From Candidatus Delongbacteria bacterium (GTDB lineage Bacteria > UBA4055), in NCBI GenBank assembly GCA_003252515.1, contig QKDR01000143.1, positions 1-49,568 of the forward strand: a stretch of 49,568 nt of DNA, read 5' to 3'. Position numbers and translations under genes: made by a program. Below the pieces are notes generated by a model, which saw only the letters and a list, made by a program, of their open reading frames with translations, was not told the DNA's origin and made no database searches. Shown here piece after piece: positions 38,301 to 46,592 of this stretch (its first letter is position 1; each line of letters opens with the position of its first letter).

Positions 38301-38525
38301 CTTCATCGTCCAGTATCTCGGTATCACATCTTTCAGCGTTCCGCCTACCAGATGACCGTAATGCGGCAGTCCTGTAGCGAACGGGGGGCCGTCGTAAAAA
38401 ACGTATTCTTTCTGACCCTTTCTCTGCTCAAGGGATTTTTTGAATATATCGTTCTTTCTCCAGAATTCCAGGACTCTTTCTTCTATATCGGGAAAATTTA
38501 CTTTTGAATTTACGTCTTTGAACAT
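35391..38525 (-). CDS. ileS: Isoleucine--tRNA ligase (type 2)
   Basis: DGPPFATGLPHYGH, WTTTPWTLPSN, EGIDQTRGWF, KMSKS; long C-terminus without a zinc finger. Confidence 0.97.
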   Translation of the reverse strand: MFKDVNSKVNFPDIEERVLEFWRKNDIFKKSLEQRKGQKEYVFYDGPPFATGLPHYGHLVGGTLKDVIPRYWTMKGKYVSRRFGWDCHGLPVEYEVEKELNFESKKDIEDFGIDKFNEACRGIVLKYVDEWEKIIDRTGRWVDFVDDYKTMDIEYMESVWWVFKTIWDRGLVKKGYRVNHFCTRCSTPLSKHEASLEYKDVQDPSVTVIFKVRGEENLWLTAWTTTPWTLPSNAALAVKNSIEYSLVKSSEDGKVLVMATDRISHFFKEGTYEVVKTVPGSELVGLKYEPLFDYYKDMDEYIHTVIEADYVSTEDGTGIVHQAPAFGQEDFEAGKKYNIPVLNPIDDMGRFNSEVPDYEGINIKVADKQIIKDLKASGKMIKHDTLQHSYPHCWRCDTGLIQKATDSWVIEVEPIKKDMLANNEQINWIPDNIKYGRFGNLLEQMPEWHISRNRYWGAPLPVWICESCGQTECIGSVQELKDRTGISEITDIHKHFVDPMTMKCSCGGVMRRTSEVLDCWFESGSMPYAQNHYPFENKERFDENFPCDFIAEGIDQTRGWFNKLLVISTALFNKPAYLNVIVNGTVLAEDGSKMSKSKKNYPPVTEILDKYGADAMRMYLINSPAVRAENLRFSESGIMDVIKKVMLPLWNSYSFLVTYANIDNWKPQAEYFKPEDLTNDLDRWIMSYLQSLTKEVNEQMSAYKLYNVLPAMVNFIDNLTNWYIRRSRRRFWKSGNDQDKLHAYETLYEVLSILTKLIAPVMPFVAEEMYQNLELTAFPNAAPSVHLRDYPEVDEKFIDRELEEKMSFVETAVRLGRVLRNEKNIKIRQPLSNFTVVANREITQNAVREYSELIKEELNVKDVTVIVNEEELAKITAKPNFRTLGKKFGSKVKDIAAGISALTLKDIRAVEQGGTITVEGESVSLEDLTVQHESKPGIFSASEGDITVSLDATITPELLAECHARELINRIQNMRKDNGFEISDRIKVRFNAGDELSEAIAKQKDYIASETLSVSIERDEKLKDGGNDLDINGLDCVLTIEKIN

Positions 38526-38540
38526 TTTATCCTCTGTTTT

Positions 38541-39200
38541 TTATTTTTCCATTAATCTGAAGCCTTTCGGTCTCTCAGTGATCTTTTTATCCAGTTTCTC
38601 GAGCTCCTTAATGGAAACGATCTCTTTTTCAGAGACCCTGGTACCTCCTATACTCGCTATTTCTTTCACTACTATCCCGCCTGTATTTTTTATCTGCTCA
38701 AGCATATTCCTGATGTTCTTTGAATTCTGATTCATTTTACCCTGCTGCCTTATTATCAGGTCGGAAGGGAATCCTGTCTCTTTCGCGATATACATGTCGA
38801 GATCCATATCCATACCCATTATAACCGTTTTAGCCGTATATTTTTCAGCGTTCCACGGACCGATCTTCTGTTTATCTTCCGTTCTTGTAAGCTTAAAATC
38901 TTTTATCTGCGAATCCGAACTTGCCATAAGCTCTTCCAGCTCTTTGAAAGTCCTTCTGAAATATGAACTGTCGATCGTATTGTAGAACGAGTATGATTCA
39001 TCATCCATATAGCTGAGACTTATATCATCTTTCAAAACTATCAGCTTGTCTGATATGTAGGTTTCCTGAAATGTCGTATCTAATGACCCGTTGCCGTCAG
39101 CGTCGGCTATCAGCATCTGTTTTATATAATAATCTTTTGAGAAAACTACTGAAACGGCCGCCGCCAGCAAAAGTATCTGTATTTTAGCTTTAAGACTCAC
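38541..39200 (-). CDS. Exported protein, DUF4412-like
   Basis: GTG 39200 with a GGAG RBS gives signal peptide MSLKAKIQILLLAAAVSVVFS; KLTRTEDKQKIGPWNAEKY and C-terminal P.GF pattern. Confidence 0.6.
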   Translation of the reverse strand: MSLKAKIQILLLAAAVSVVFSKDYYIKQMLIADADGNGSLDTTFQETYISDKLIVLKDDISLSYMDDESYSFYNTIDSSYFRRTFKELEELMASSDSQIKDFKLTRTEDKQKIGPWNAEKYTAKTVIMGMDMDLDMYIAKETGFPSDLIIRQQGKMNQNSKNIRNMLEQIKNTGGIVVKEIASIGGTRVSEKEIVSIKELEKLDKKITERPKGFRLMEK

Positions 39201-39302
39201 AAGTCTCTCCTTTAATTTAATAAACTGTCCGCTTTTCATTAAAGAAAAGTCAGAAAATATATAAAAGTTATGTAATAATATCAAGTTAAAAATTAAGAAG
39301 AA

Positions 39303-40571
39303 TCATAATCTATTGAACCAGCTGTTCCTGTCTTTTCGGACTTCTGACGATGCGTAGATTTTGTATTCTGTAAAAAATGTCGCCTGACCGTCGTAGACTG
39401 TAATGACGGCGGCGTAATACGACATTCCGTTCTTGTCTTTCGAATAGATAAGTTCGGCCGTCCGCTTGACATTGGGTTCAGTAATACCTTCGGATAAGTG
39501 TATTCTAAGCCTGTCGGCACAAAGCTTTACATCGCCAGTGATATCAATAACAGATTCTGATTCAGTTTTACTTACTTCACCGGCGTCAAATGAATAGTCA
39601 GTTCCGGTCAGCCTTATAAATTTTGTATCAATGCTTCCGACCGCAGAATTAAAAAACTCGGAAAATTTCATCGTCCTGTTGACCGCTGCCTGCTCATCAT
39701 CACGCTTCTCATAAAATACGATGTCGAGCGTAAAATCAGGAACGGGCTCACTGCATCCGCAGTTGAATATCTCCATATCTTCGGTTTCTGTCACTTCTGA
39801 GACGGTTTCTTTATAACTTTCAGTATTGGCAGTATCTCCGGTTTCTACCCGCATTTCTTCATCTGCAGTATTAATGGTCTCAGCCGATGCAAAAGTCTTC
39901 TGCGGCTGTATTTTCGGGTGGTCATTAAGCGAGAAGAACCAGCTCTTTTTATCCCTGAACGGGTCGGTGCCGATGTAGAATCTGTACTCGGGATAAAGCG
40001 AGAACTGGTCGTCGAAATATGTCAGCTTTGTCGAGTAATACGCATCATTATCAGGGCTTTTGCCCCATATCCATTCGAGAGAGCTTTTTTTGTCCGATTT
40101 CAGCGCAGTCTGTTCTATTATCTCCATTATCTTCTCTTTAGACCGGTAATCAGGCTCTTTATCAAGATCTTTGAAGGAATTGTCCGTAAGTTTAAAATTC
40201 TTCCCGTTATCCAGATCAAGCTTGTTTATACGCAGAATTTTCGCTTTTTCTGTGAGTTCACTTATGAAGTCCAGTATTTCGGAAACGGTCATCTCGGATT
40301 GTTTCTCTATGAAATATTTATGTTTCTGTGGTTTATAAATATCGACTTTGAACGGTCTGAATATCTTCTTTGAGTCGGAAATATTTTTTAAAAACTGTCT
40401 GATCTCCTCCTTCACGAATACGGATGACAGAGAATCGATCACTGATTCTATATATACTGAATCGGAATTGATCTTCTCGGCTCTTTCATCATAATCCGTC
40501 GGACCTGCAGAATAAACGAGCGTGAATATAAAAAAAACTGCCGTGAGTATTTTCTGATTTATTCGCCTCAT
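39303..40571 (-). CDS. Exported hypothetical protein with two internally repeated domains
   Basis: Signal peptide; two similar halves separated by an acidic, T/E-rich linker. Confidence 0.65.
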   Translation of the reverse strand: MRRINQKILTAVFFIFTLVYSAGPTDYDERAEKINSDSVYIESVIDSLSSVFVKEEIRQFLKNISDSKKIFRPFKVDIYKPQKHKYFIEKQSEMTVSEILDFISELTEKAKILRINKLDLDNGKNFKLTDNSFKDLDKEPDYRSKEKIMEIIEQTALKSDKKSSLEWIWGKSPDNDAYYSTKLTYFDDQFSLYPEYRFYIGTDPFRDKKSWFFSLNDHPKIQPQKTFASAETINTADEEMRVETGDTANTESYKETVSEVTETEDMEIFNCGCSEPVPDFTLDIVFYEKRDDEQAAVNRTMKFSEFFNSAVGSIDTKFIRLTGTDYSFDAGEVSKTESESVIDITGDVKLCADRLRIHLSEGITEPNVKRTAELIYSKDKNGMSYYAAVITVYDGQATFFTEYKIYASSEVRKDRNSWFNRL

Positions 40572-40622
40572 GACAGTAAAGTTAAGCTAAAAATGTTAAA
40601 AAACAAACCGTAATTTTATATT

Positions 40623-40928
40623 TTAGCAATCGACTACATCTCTGAGCTTTATTGTAAATCCGGCGCCGTAGAATTTTCTTTCGGTATAGTCGAGAACTGC
40701 TCCGCCGTATCTTTTAAGAAGCTCTTCGCTTCTGGGATCAACAAGGAATTCTATCTTTGATATATTCACAACTTTATCGTTATCGTTCTTTCCGTCAAGG
40801 GCGACGCCCAGTCTTGGTCCGCCTCAACCTATACCGTCAAAATATACTCTGACGAACTGGCCTTTATTTTCTTTCTGTTCCAGAACAGGTTTTATTTTTT
40901 CAATAGCAATATCAGTAACTTCCAGCAT
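40623..40928 (-). CDS. HesB/IscA-like selenoprotein (101 aa, Sec35)
   Basis: Manual translation: MLEVTDIAIEKIKPVLEQKENKGQFVRVYFDGIG-U-GGPRLGVALDGKNDNDKVVNISKIEFLVDPRSEELLKRYGGAVLDYTERKFYGAGFTIKLRDVVDC. TGA at 40826-40824; AGGGGG RBS. Confidence 0.92.
40796..40816 (-). promoter_or_regulatory. Candidate SECIS of the HesB-like gene
   Basis: CAA-gact-GGGC-gtc-GCCC-TTG bulged hairpin, loop G 19 nt after the TGA. Confidence 0.6.
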
Positions 40929-40995
40929 GAACCGCCCCCTTATTATCAATAACGCTAAATATAAGATTTGCTAACATATGTACACATGATAATTA

Positions 40996-42270
40996 TCATA
41001 ATTTATCAAACACCTCGGCAGGATCTTCTATATAAATCACTCTGTAACCTGTTTTTCTGGCGATATCGCTAATAGTAAGATCATCAAGTAGAAGGCCGTC
41101 GCTATTGATGCAGGTTGAAGGTATAAGAAGAATATCGTTCCCGTTCTCTGCTTTCCCAGCAGCTCTGATAATATCTTCCCCGCTTAAAAGACCTGCTACA
41201 GTAACAGACTTTCCGAATATTGTATTTTCCACCTTTACGAGTTCCGTGTTCAGTTTCTTTACCTTATTAAATTCAGTAAGAACATATTTTTCAAGTACGG
41301 GATAGAACAGTTCTCCTGTCACTATCTTAACGGTAGTCTGCGTTCTGACCGACTTGGGTATACCTTTTTTCGATTCTTCAAAAGCGTCGATGAAAAATCT
41401 GGTCATGCCGATACCGTCCTCATACTGAAGATAGCCTTCGTAATAGTCGGCGGAGGGGAAATTTTTTCCCGACTTCAGGTACAGTTCGTCGGCGCCGAAG
41501 ACGAAATTCGTACCGAGTTCCTTCAGGAACTTTTTATTGAATTTCGCGATAATGTCAAGGGTTTCTGAGGCGCACTCTTCTGAAACGGACGGTATTGAGG
41601 GAAGTTTTTCCCTGTGAGAGGTCAGACCGACAGGAACGACCGCCACCGACCGCACTCCCGGGTGAAAAGCCGCCAGATCGGATATCGTTTTCCTAAGGAC
41701 TTTCCCGTTATTTATTCCCGGGCACATAACGATCTGAGTATGTATCTCGATCCCGCCGTCAACGAGAACTCTCAGCTTCCTTTCGAATTCGTCGTCCTTC
41801 TTCAGTCCGAGCAGAACTTTTCTTACATCCTGATCCGTCGCGTGTACCGAAACATACAACGGGCTCAGCCTCATTTTGAGTATTTTGTCAATATCCTTCG
41901 AAGTCAGGTTCGTCAATGTAAAATAATTCCCGTACAGGAACGAATATCTGTAATCCTCGTCCTTGATGTAAAGCGTTTTTCTGAGATCTTTAGGATTCTG
42001 GTCGATAAAACAGAAAACACATTTGTTGCCGCAGTGTTTTATCCTAAGCTCTTCAGTTTCAATACCTTCCAGTTCATGTTGTCCAGCCTTTAATACTGCT
42101 TCAACACCGCTCCTTACCAGAATGATCTCCAGTTCGTCGTCTGCGGAATAAAAATTAAAATCGAGCGCGTCTTCAATAAGATTGCCATTGATACTTACTA
42201 TGTGGTCGTTCTTTTTAAACCCGCTGTCAGCAGCCGGGGAACATTTTTCTATTGAAGTGATCTTCAGCAT
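40996..42270 (-). CDS. DUF512 family PDZ-containing radical-SAM-like Fe-S protein
   Basis: N-terminal PDZ-like segment, CGNKCVFCF (CxxxCxxC), KDEDYRYSFLYGNYFTLTN, VVPVGLT, VTVAGLL. Confidence 0.92.
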   Translation of the reverse strand: MLKITSIEKCSPAADSGFKKNDHIVSINGNLIEDALDFNFYSADDELEIILVRSGVEAVLKAGQHELEGIETEELRIKHCGNKCVFCFIDQNPKDLRKTLYIKDEDYRYSFLYGNYFTLTNLTSKDIDKILKMRLSPLYVSVHATDQDVRKVLLGLKKDDEFERKLRVLVDGGIEIHTQIVMCPGINNGKVLRKTISDLAAFHPGVRSVAVVPVGLTSHREKLPSIPSVSEECASETLDIIAKFNKKFLKELGTNFVFGADELYLKSGKNFPSADYYEGYLQYEDGIGMTRFFIDAFEESKKGIPKSVRTQTTVKIVTGELFYPVLEKYVLTEFNKVKKLNTELVKVENTIFGKSVTVAGLLSGEDIIRAAGKAENGNDILLIPSTCINSDGLLLDDLTISDIARKTGYRVIYIEDPAEVFDKL

Positions 42271-45104
42271 TATTTGAAATATTTCATGAACGGTTTTTTC
42301 CAGGCGTTCTCGACTTCCGTCATATCAAGATCTATGAATTTCCCTTTGAAGTCTGTAGCCGACGCCCTGTATTTCGATATGGTCGTACCCAGCTGTGTCG
42401 CGTAACCGGTTTCTATAAGCACGTCCGCAGACTCCAGATCCTTCATCTCCACAACGAAAGCCGCCGGTACTTCCGCGAAAAGCGTCTTAACTTTATCGTT
42501 TACAAAGATGTCGAACCCTTTTTTACCGGCAATGCACATCTCCGCAAGGGTTATTAGCGCTCCTCCCTCACTGACATCGGACGCCGAAACGATATTGCCT
42601 TTTCTAATATTCTCATACATCAGTTCATACACTGCTTTCGCCGATTCCATTTTGACCTCAGGGACCTTTGTACCGAGCTGTCCGAGTTTGTCGAAGAATA
42701 TCGATCCTCCGAGCGCGGCGCCCGTGTAATCCCCGACGAGAAGTATTGGCGATCCGGACTTTTTAATATCCGGCGATATTGTTCTCCTCCAATCGTCGCA
42801 GACCGATCTTGCCGAAATGCATACGACAGGCGGCACCTCTATTGTAATTTCCTTGTTCTTATATGTTGAAGAGAGCGAATCCTTTCCTGAAATGATCGGG
42901 GTACCGAAATATTTACATGCTTCGGAGAGCGCTTCAGCCGTGCTGTAGAGATCGGCCAGATTCGCTTCGGTGGGTTTCGGCCAGATATGGTTCTCGATCA
43001 GAAAAGTCCGCTTCGGATCACCACCTAGAGCTATCACGTTGCTCAGTGCTTCATAGTATGCCCAAAGTGTCCCTTTGTACGGGTCGATCCTGTTCAGCAC
43101 CGGATTGAGTCCGTGACCGAAAACAAGCGCCGCGTCCGAATTTTTGAGCGGTTTCAGTACGCACGCACCGGTCGGACCGTCGTTGTTGACGCCGCAGAGA
43201 GGTCCTTCCACACAGGTTCCCTGAACTCCGTGGTCGTACTGCCTGATGACCGGTTCCTTCGAGCATACGTTTAAATGTGATATGATATCAATAAATGCTT
43301 CGTTGTAATTTATCTCCTCCTCATAGAACTCCGCGTCTTTGAGGTCGGTCTTCGGCTTCGTTGTCGCCGTGATCGTCTCGAGCGGCTGTCCTTTGTGCAA
43401 AAATTCCATATCAAGATCGCAGACCAGTTCGCCACCATCATAAATGGTGAGTCGTTTCGTGTCGGACGCTTCTCCGAGAACGAAATATTCGACATTATAT
43501 TTTTTACAGACGCTGTCGATCTTGTCGAGATGCTCTGCGGGAACTGTCGCCACCATTCTTTCCTGCGACTCGGATATCCACTTTTCAAATGAGGACAGTC
43601 CGGGATACTTTAAAGGTATCCTGTCAAGGTAAACCACGGCGCCCGTCTTCTCGCCCATTTCTCCGACGGCTGAAGAATAGCCTCCGGCCCCGCAGTCGGT
43701 AAGAGCGGTGAAAATATCCATATCCCTCAGTTCGAGAAGGCAGTCGAAAGTCCTCTTTTCCTCTATCGGGTTACCGATCTGTACGGCACCGCTGTTCAAA
43801 TTCGCGGTCTTTTCGGTCATCTCGGCAGACGAGAAGGTCGCTCCGTGAATGCCGTCCTTGCCTGTTTTTCCCCCGAAGGAAACGAAAAGGTCACCCTTTC
43901 TGCACTGGCCTTTTTTGGCATACTTAAGAGGGACTATACCGTCGGCGCCCACAAGAACAGTCGGCTTGGGTCCGAAATCGTTGTGAAAATGGAACGATCC
44001 GTTGTTCGTCGGAATACCCATCCTGTTGCCGTAATCCCTGACGCCCTCGATGACGCCTGTCAGTATCCTTCTCGGATGCAGACATCCGGGATATACGTCC
44101 TCAAGCTTCATGTCGGGATTGCCGAGACAAAATACATTTATTGACGAGATGTTCTTGGCGCCTTTGCCTGTACCCGCGATATCCCTCAGCACGCCGCCTG
44201 TTCCGGTCATCGCTCCTCCGTACGGGTCGAGTCCCGACGGCGAATTGTGCGTTTCGGCCTTGATGCAGATACCGTATTCGACACCGTCCGCTTCAGCGAA
44301 CCTGAATACACCGGAATTGTCCTCGAATTTTGATATCACATCGGGATGACCTATCGCCTTTTCGGTATTTCTCACAATCCCGATTATCGATCTTTTTTCG
44401 ACCCCGTCCAAAATAACCTTAGCCTTAAAAGTCTTGTGGCCGCAGTGCTCCGACCATGTCTGAGCCAGCGTCTCAAGCTCGACGTCGTATGCATCCCTGC
44501 CGAGTTCTTTATAGTAATTCTGAATAGTTCTCATTTCATTGAGGTTCAGGAACAGTTTATAATCAGAAAGTTCCATCAGTTCCTTATCGTTCATCTCTCT
44601 GACAGGGATCACCGCAGTCTTTTCGGCTTTAAGACTGACGAGAAGACTTTCAGGTACCTTTTTGAGTTCCATCTGTATCTGACCGTTCATAAGCACTCTG
44701 TTCTTTATGAGATCAAGCTTATCGCTGCCGATCTCGTCCCTGAAGGAATAAGTGTATGATATCATCACGGCTTCGGCATTATAACCTTTGTCTTTAAGTT
44801 CCTCTTTAATAGTTTCGGCTTCAGGGTTCATCACGCCCGGCTGGAACGCTATTTCAGTTCTTATCTTATGGCCGCCAAAAAATTCTCCGTTGACCTTATA
44901 TGTTTCTGTTATCGGGCATGCCAGTATCTCGCCGGCGATCACTTCAGCCTCATTTTCGCTGATCCCATGTATATAAAAATTCTTTTCGATCTTTATTTCC
45001 GAAAGCCCGACCGACAGGAATTCCTTAATGTTGTTGCGGATGTGCTTTTCTTTCGGGTCCTCGACTTTCGCCATTACCGTTATTTTCTGAATTCCGGCAG
45101 CCAT
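42270..45104 (-). CDS. purL: Phosphoribosylformylglycinamidine synthase PurL with N-terminal PurS-like region, no glutaminase domain
   Basis: QTWSEHCGHKTF, KAETHNSPS, DGIHGATFSS, SESQERM, ISGKDSL, DVSEGG. Confidence 0.94.
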   Translation of the reverse strand: MAAGIQKITVMAKVEDPKEKHIRNNIKEFLSVGLSEIKIEKNFYIHGISENEAEVIAGEILACPITETYKVNGEFFGGHKIRTEIAFQPGVMNPEAETIKEELKDKGYNAEAVMISYTYSFRDEIGSDKLDLIKNRVLMNGQIQMELKKVPESLLVSLKAEKTAVIPVREMNDKELMELSDYKLFLNLNEMRTIQNYYKELGRDAYDVELETLAQTWSEHCGHKTFKAKVILDGVEKRSIIGIVRNTEKAIGHPDVISKFEDNSGVFRFAEADGVEYGICIKAETHNSPSGLDPYGGAMTGTGGVLRDIAGTGKGAKNISSINVFCLGNPDMKLEDVYPGCLHPRRILTGVIEGVRDYGNRMGIPTNNGSFHFHNDFGPKPTVLVGADGIVPLKYAKKGQCRKGDLFVSFGGKTGKDGIHGATFSSAEMTEKTANLNSGAVQIGNPIEEKRTFDCLLELRDMDIFTALTDCGAGGYSSAVGEMGEKTGAVVYLDRIPLKYPGLSSFEKWISESQERMVATVPAEHLDKIDSVCKKYNVEYFVLGEASDTKRLTIYDGGELVCDLDMEFLHKGQPLETITATTKPKTDLKDAEFYEEEINYNEAFIDIISHLNVCSKEPVIRQYDHGVQGTCVEGPLCGVNNDGPTGACVLKPLKNSDAALVFGHGLNPVLNRIDPYKGTLWAYYEALSNVIALGGDPKRTFLIENHIWPKPTEANLADLYSTAEALSEACKYFGTPIISGKDSLSSTYKNKEITIEVPPVVCISARSVCDDWRRTISPDIKKSGSPILLVGDYTGAALGGSIFFDKLGQLGTKVPEVKMESAKAVYELMYENIRKGNIVSASDVSEGGALITLAEMCIAGKKGFDIFVNDKVKTLFAEVPAAFVVEMKDLESADVLIETGYATQLGTTISKYRASATDFKGKFIDLDMTEVENAWKKPFMKYFK

Positions 45105-45163
45105 AAATTTCTCCCTCCGGGTTGATTTTCGTGCCTGTTATCAGACACAATTACAGGTCTGAG

Positions 45164-45192
45164 AATATAAGATTTCAAAAGGATGTTTGCAA
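45164..45192 (-). promoter_or_regulatory. Putative sigma70 promoter of purL
   Basis: TTGCAA (45192-45187), 17 bp spacer, TATATT (45169-45164). Confidence 0.55.
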
Positions 45193-45229
45193 CATCATAA
45201 ATATACAAAAATTATTGTATAAAAAGTCA

Positions 45230-45258
45230 TTGACAGGAATTTTAACATACTTTATATT
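45230..45258 (+). promoter_or_regulatory. sigma70 promoter of the arcC-oxidoreductase-ndk cluster
   Basis: TTGACA, 17 bp spacer, TATATT. Confidence 0.72.
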
Positions 45259-45314
45259 GCATTTTCCTTTCCCGTGAAAGTGCGGAAGAGGTTGTTCATT
45301 TCAATAAATAATTA

Positions 45315-46277
45315 ATGGAAGATCAAATGTACAACAAAAGAGTTGTGATCGCGATCGGCGGTAATTCGCTGACTCCGACCGACAAATCAAACTGGATCGG
45401 ATCGCAGTACAAAAATACCAGAACGAGTATCGAATCCCTGATACCTCTCATAGACCAGGGTTACTCTGTGGCGATAACGCACGGTAACGGACCTCAGGTC
45501 GGCATCGCTCTGAAAAGGGTCGAGGAGACCAGGAGCACTTTGCCTGAAGTACCGCTCGGTGTTCTTGTAGCCGATACCGAGGGCAGTATGGGATACATGA
45601 TCGAGCAGTCGCTCCAGAACAAGCTTTTCGACAAAGGCCTGAAAATACCTGTGACGACCATTCTCACTCAGGTTATAGTTAATAAAGATGATCCCGCGCT
45701 CATCAATCCTACTAAATACATCGGCAGTTTCTATACCGAGGAGGAAGCGAAAAAATACGCGGCTGATTTCGGGTGGAGCGTCAAGAAAGACTCTGACAGA
45801 GGGTGGCGAAGAGTGGTCGGATCACCAAAACCTATCGATATTGTGAACAAGAATACTATAAAACAGCTTTTAGACCAGAAAAACATCGTGATCGCGGCCG
45901 GCGGAGGCGGGATACCGGTTTATCTCGACGAGAACAAACATTTTGAAGGTATTGACGCCGTGATAGACAAGGACATGGCCAGCGCTCTTCTCGGCAACCT
46001 TGTGGGAGCGGACGAACTCTATATCCTGACCGCAGTGAATAAAGTCGCGCTGAATTTCGGAACTCCTGAGCAGAAGAATCTTGATATAATGACCGCTTCT
46101 GAAGCGGATAAATATCTGAATGAGGGACATTTCCCGTACGGAAGCATGGGACCGAAAATGAAGTCGGCGATAATGTTCTTAAAGAACGGCGGCAAAAGAG
46201 TGATAATAACCGCGATAGACAAGCTTATGGACGCTATCGAAGGCAAAGACGGAACAAGTATCGTTAACGATAAATAA
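45315..46277 (+). CDS. arcC: Carbamate kinase
   Basis: VIAIGGNSL, THGNGPQVG, PTKYIG, RRVVGSP, GGGGIPV, AVIDKD, GSMGPK. Confidence 0.96.
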   Translation: MEDQMYNKRVVIAIGGNSLTPTDKSNWIGSQYKNTRTSIESLIPLIDQGYSVAITHGNGPQVGIALKRVEETRSTLPEVPLGVLVADTEGSMGYMIEQSLQNKLFDKGLKIPVTTILTQVIVNKDDPALINPTKYIGSFYTEEEAKKYAADFGWSVKKDSDRGWRRVVGSPKPIDIVNKNTIKQLLDQKNIVIAAGGGGIPVYLDENKHFEGIDAVIDKDMASALLGNLVGADELYILTAVNKVALNFGTPEQKNLDIMTASEADKYLNEGHFPYGSMGPKMKSAIMFLKNGGKRVIITAIDKLMDAIEGKDGTSIVNDK

Positions 46278-46299
46278 CAAACTCAAAGGCGGAAACTCT

Positions 46300-46575
46300 A
46301 TGAGTGAAAAGATCAATATCCCCGAACATTACGGGAGATGGGAAGCCGACATAACGATCGGAAAAAAGGAAGACCACGTCACCATCGGATACTGGAGAGA
46401 CGGCTGTAAGGGCTGCGGAATATGCGTAGACGTGTGCCCGAAAAAAGTCTGGGAAATAATCGAAGCGAAAGACAAGTGGAACGGTCAGGTGGTACAGGTG
46501 ACAGACGCTGCCAAATGCATCAAATGCATGCTTTGCGAGATCCACTGCCCGGATTTCTGCATCAAGATCTATTAA
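46300..46575 (+). CDS. 2[4Fe-4S] ferredoxin, delta subunit of 2-oxoacid:ferredoxin oxidoreductase
   Basis: CKGCGICVDVCP and CIKCMLCEIHCPDF. Confidence 0.93.
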   Translation: MSEKINIPEHYGRWEADITIGKKEDHVTIGYWRDGCKGCGICVDVCPKKVWEIIEAKDKWNGQVVQVTDAAKCIKCMLCEIHCPDFCIKIY

Positions 46576-46592
46576 TTAAAATTTAAAGAGGT

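Noticed and set aside
45105-45165. ZTP, purine or PRPP riboswitch upstream of purL
   Set aside because: The leader is too short given the predicted promoter and lacks the consensus features of these riboswitches.
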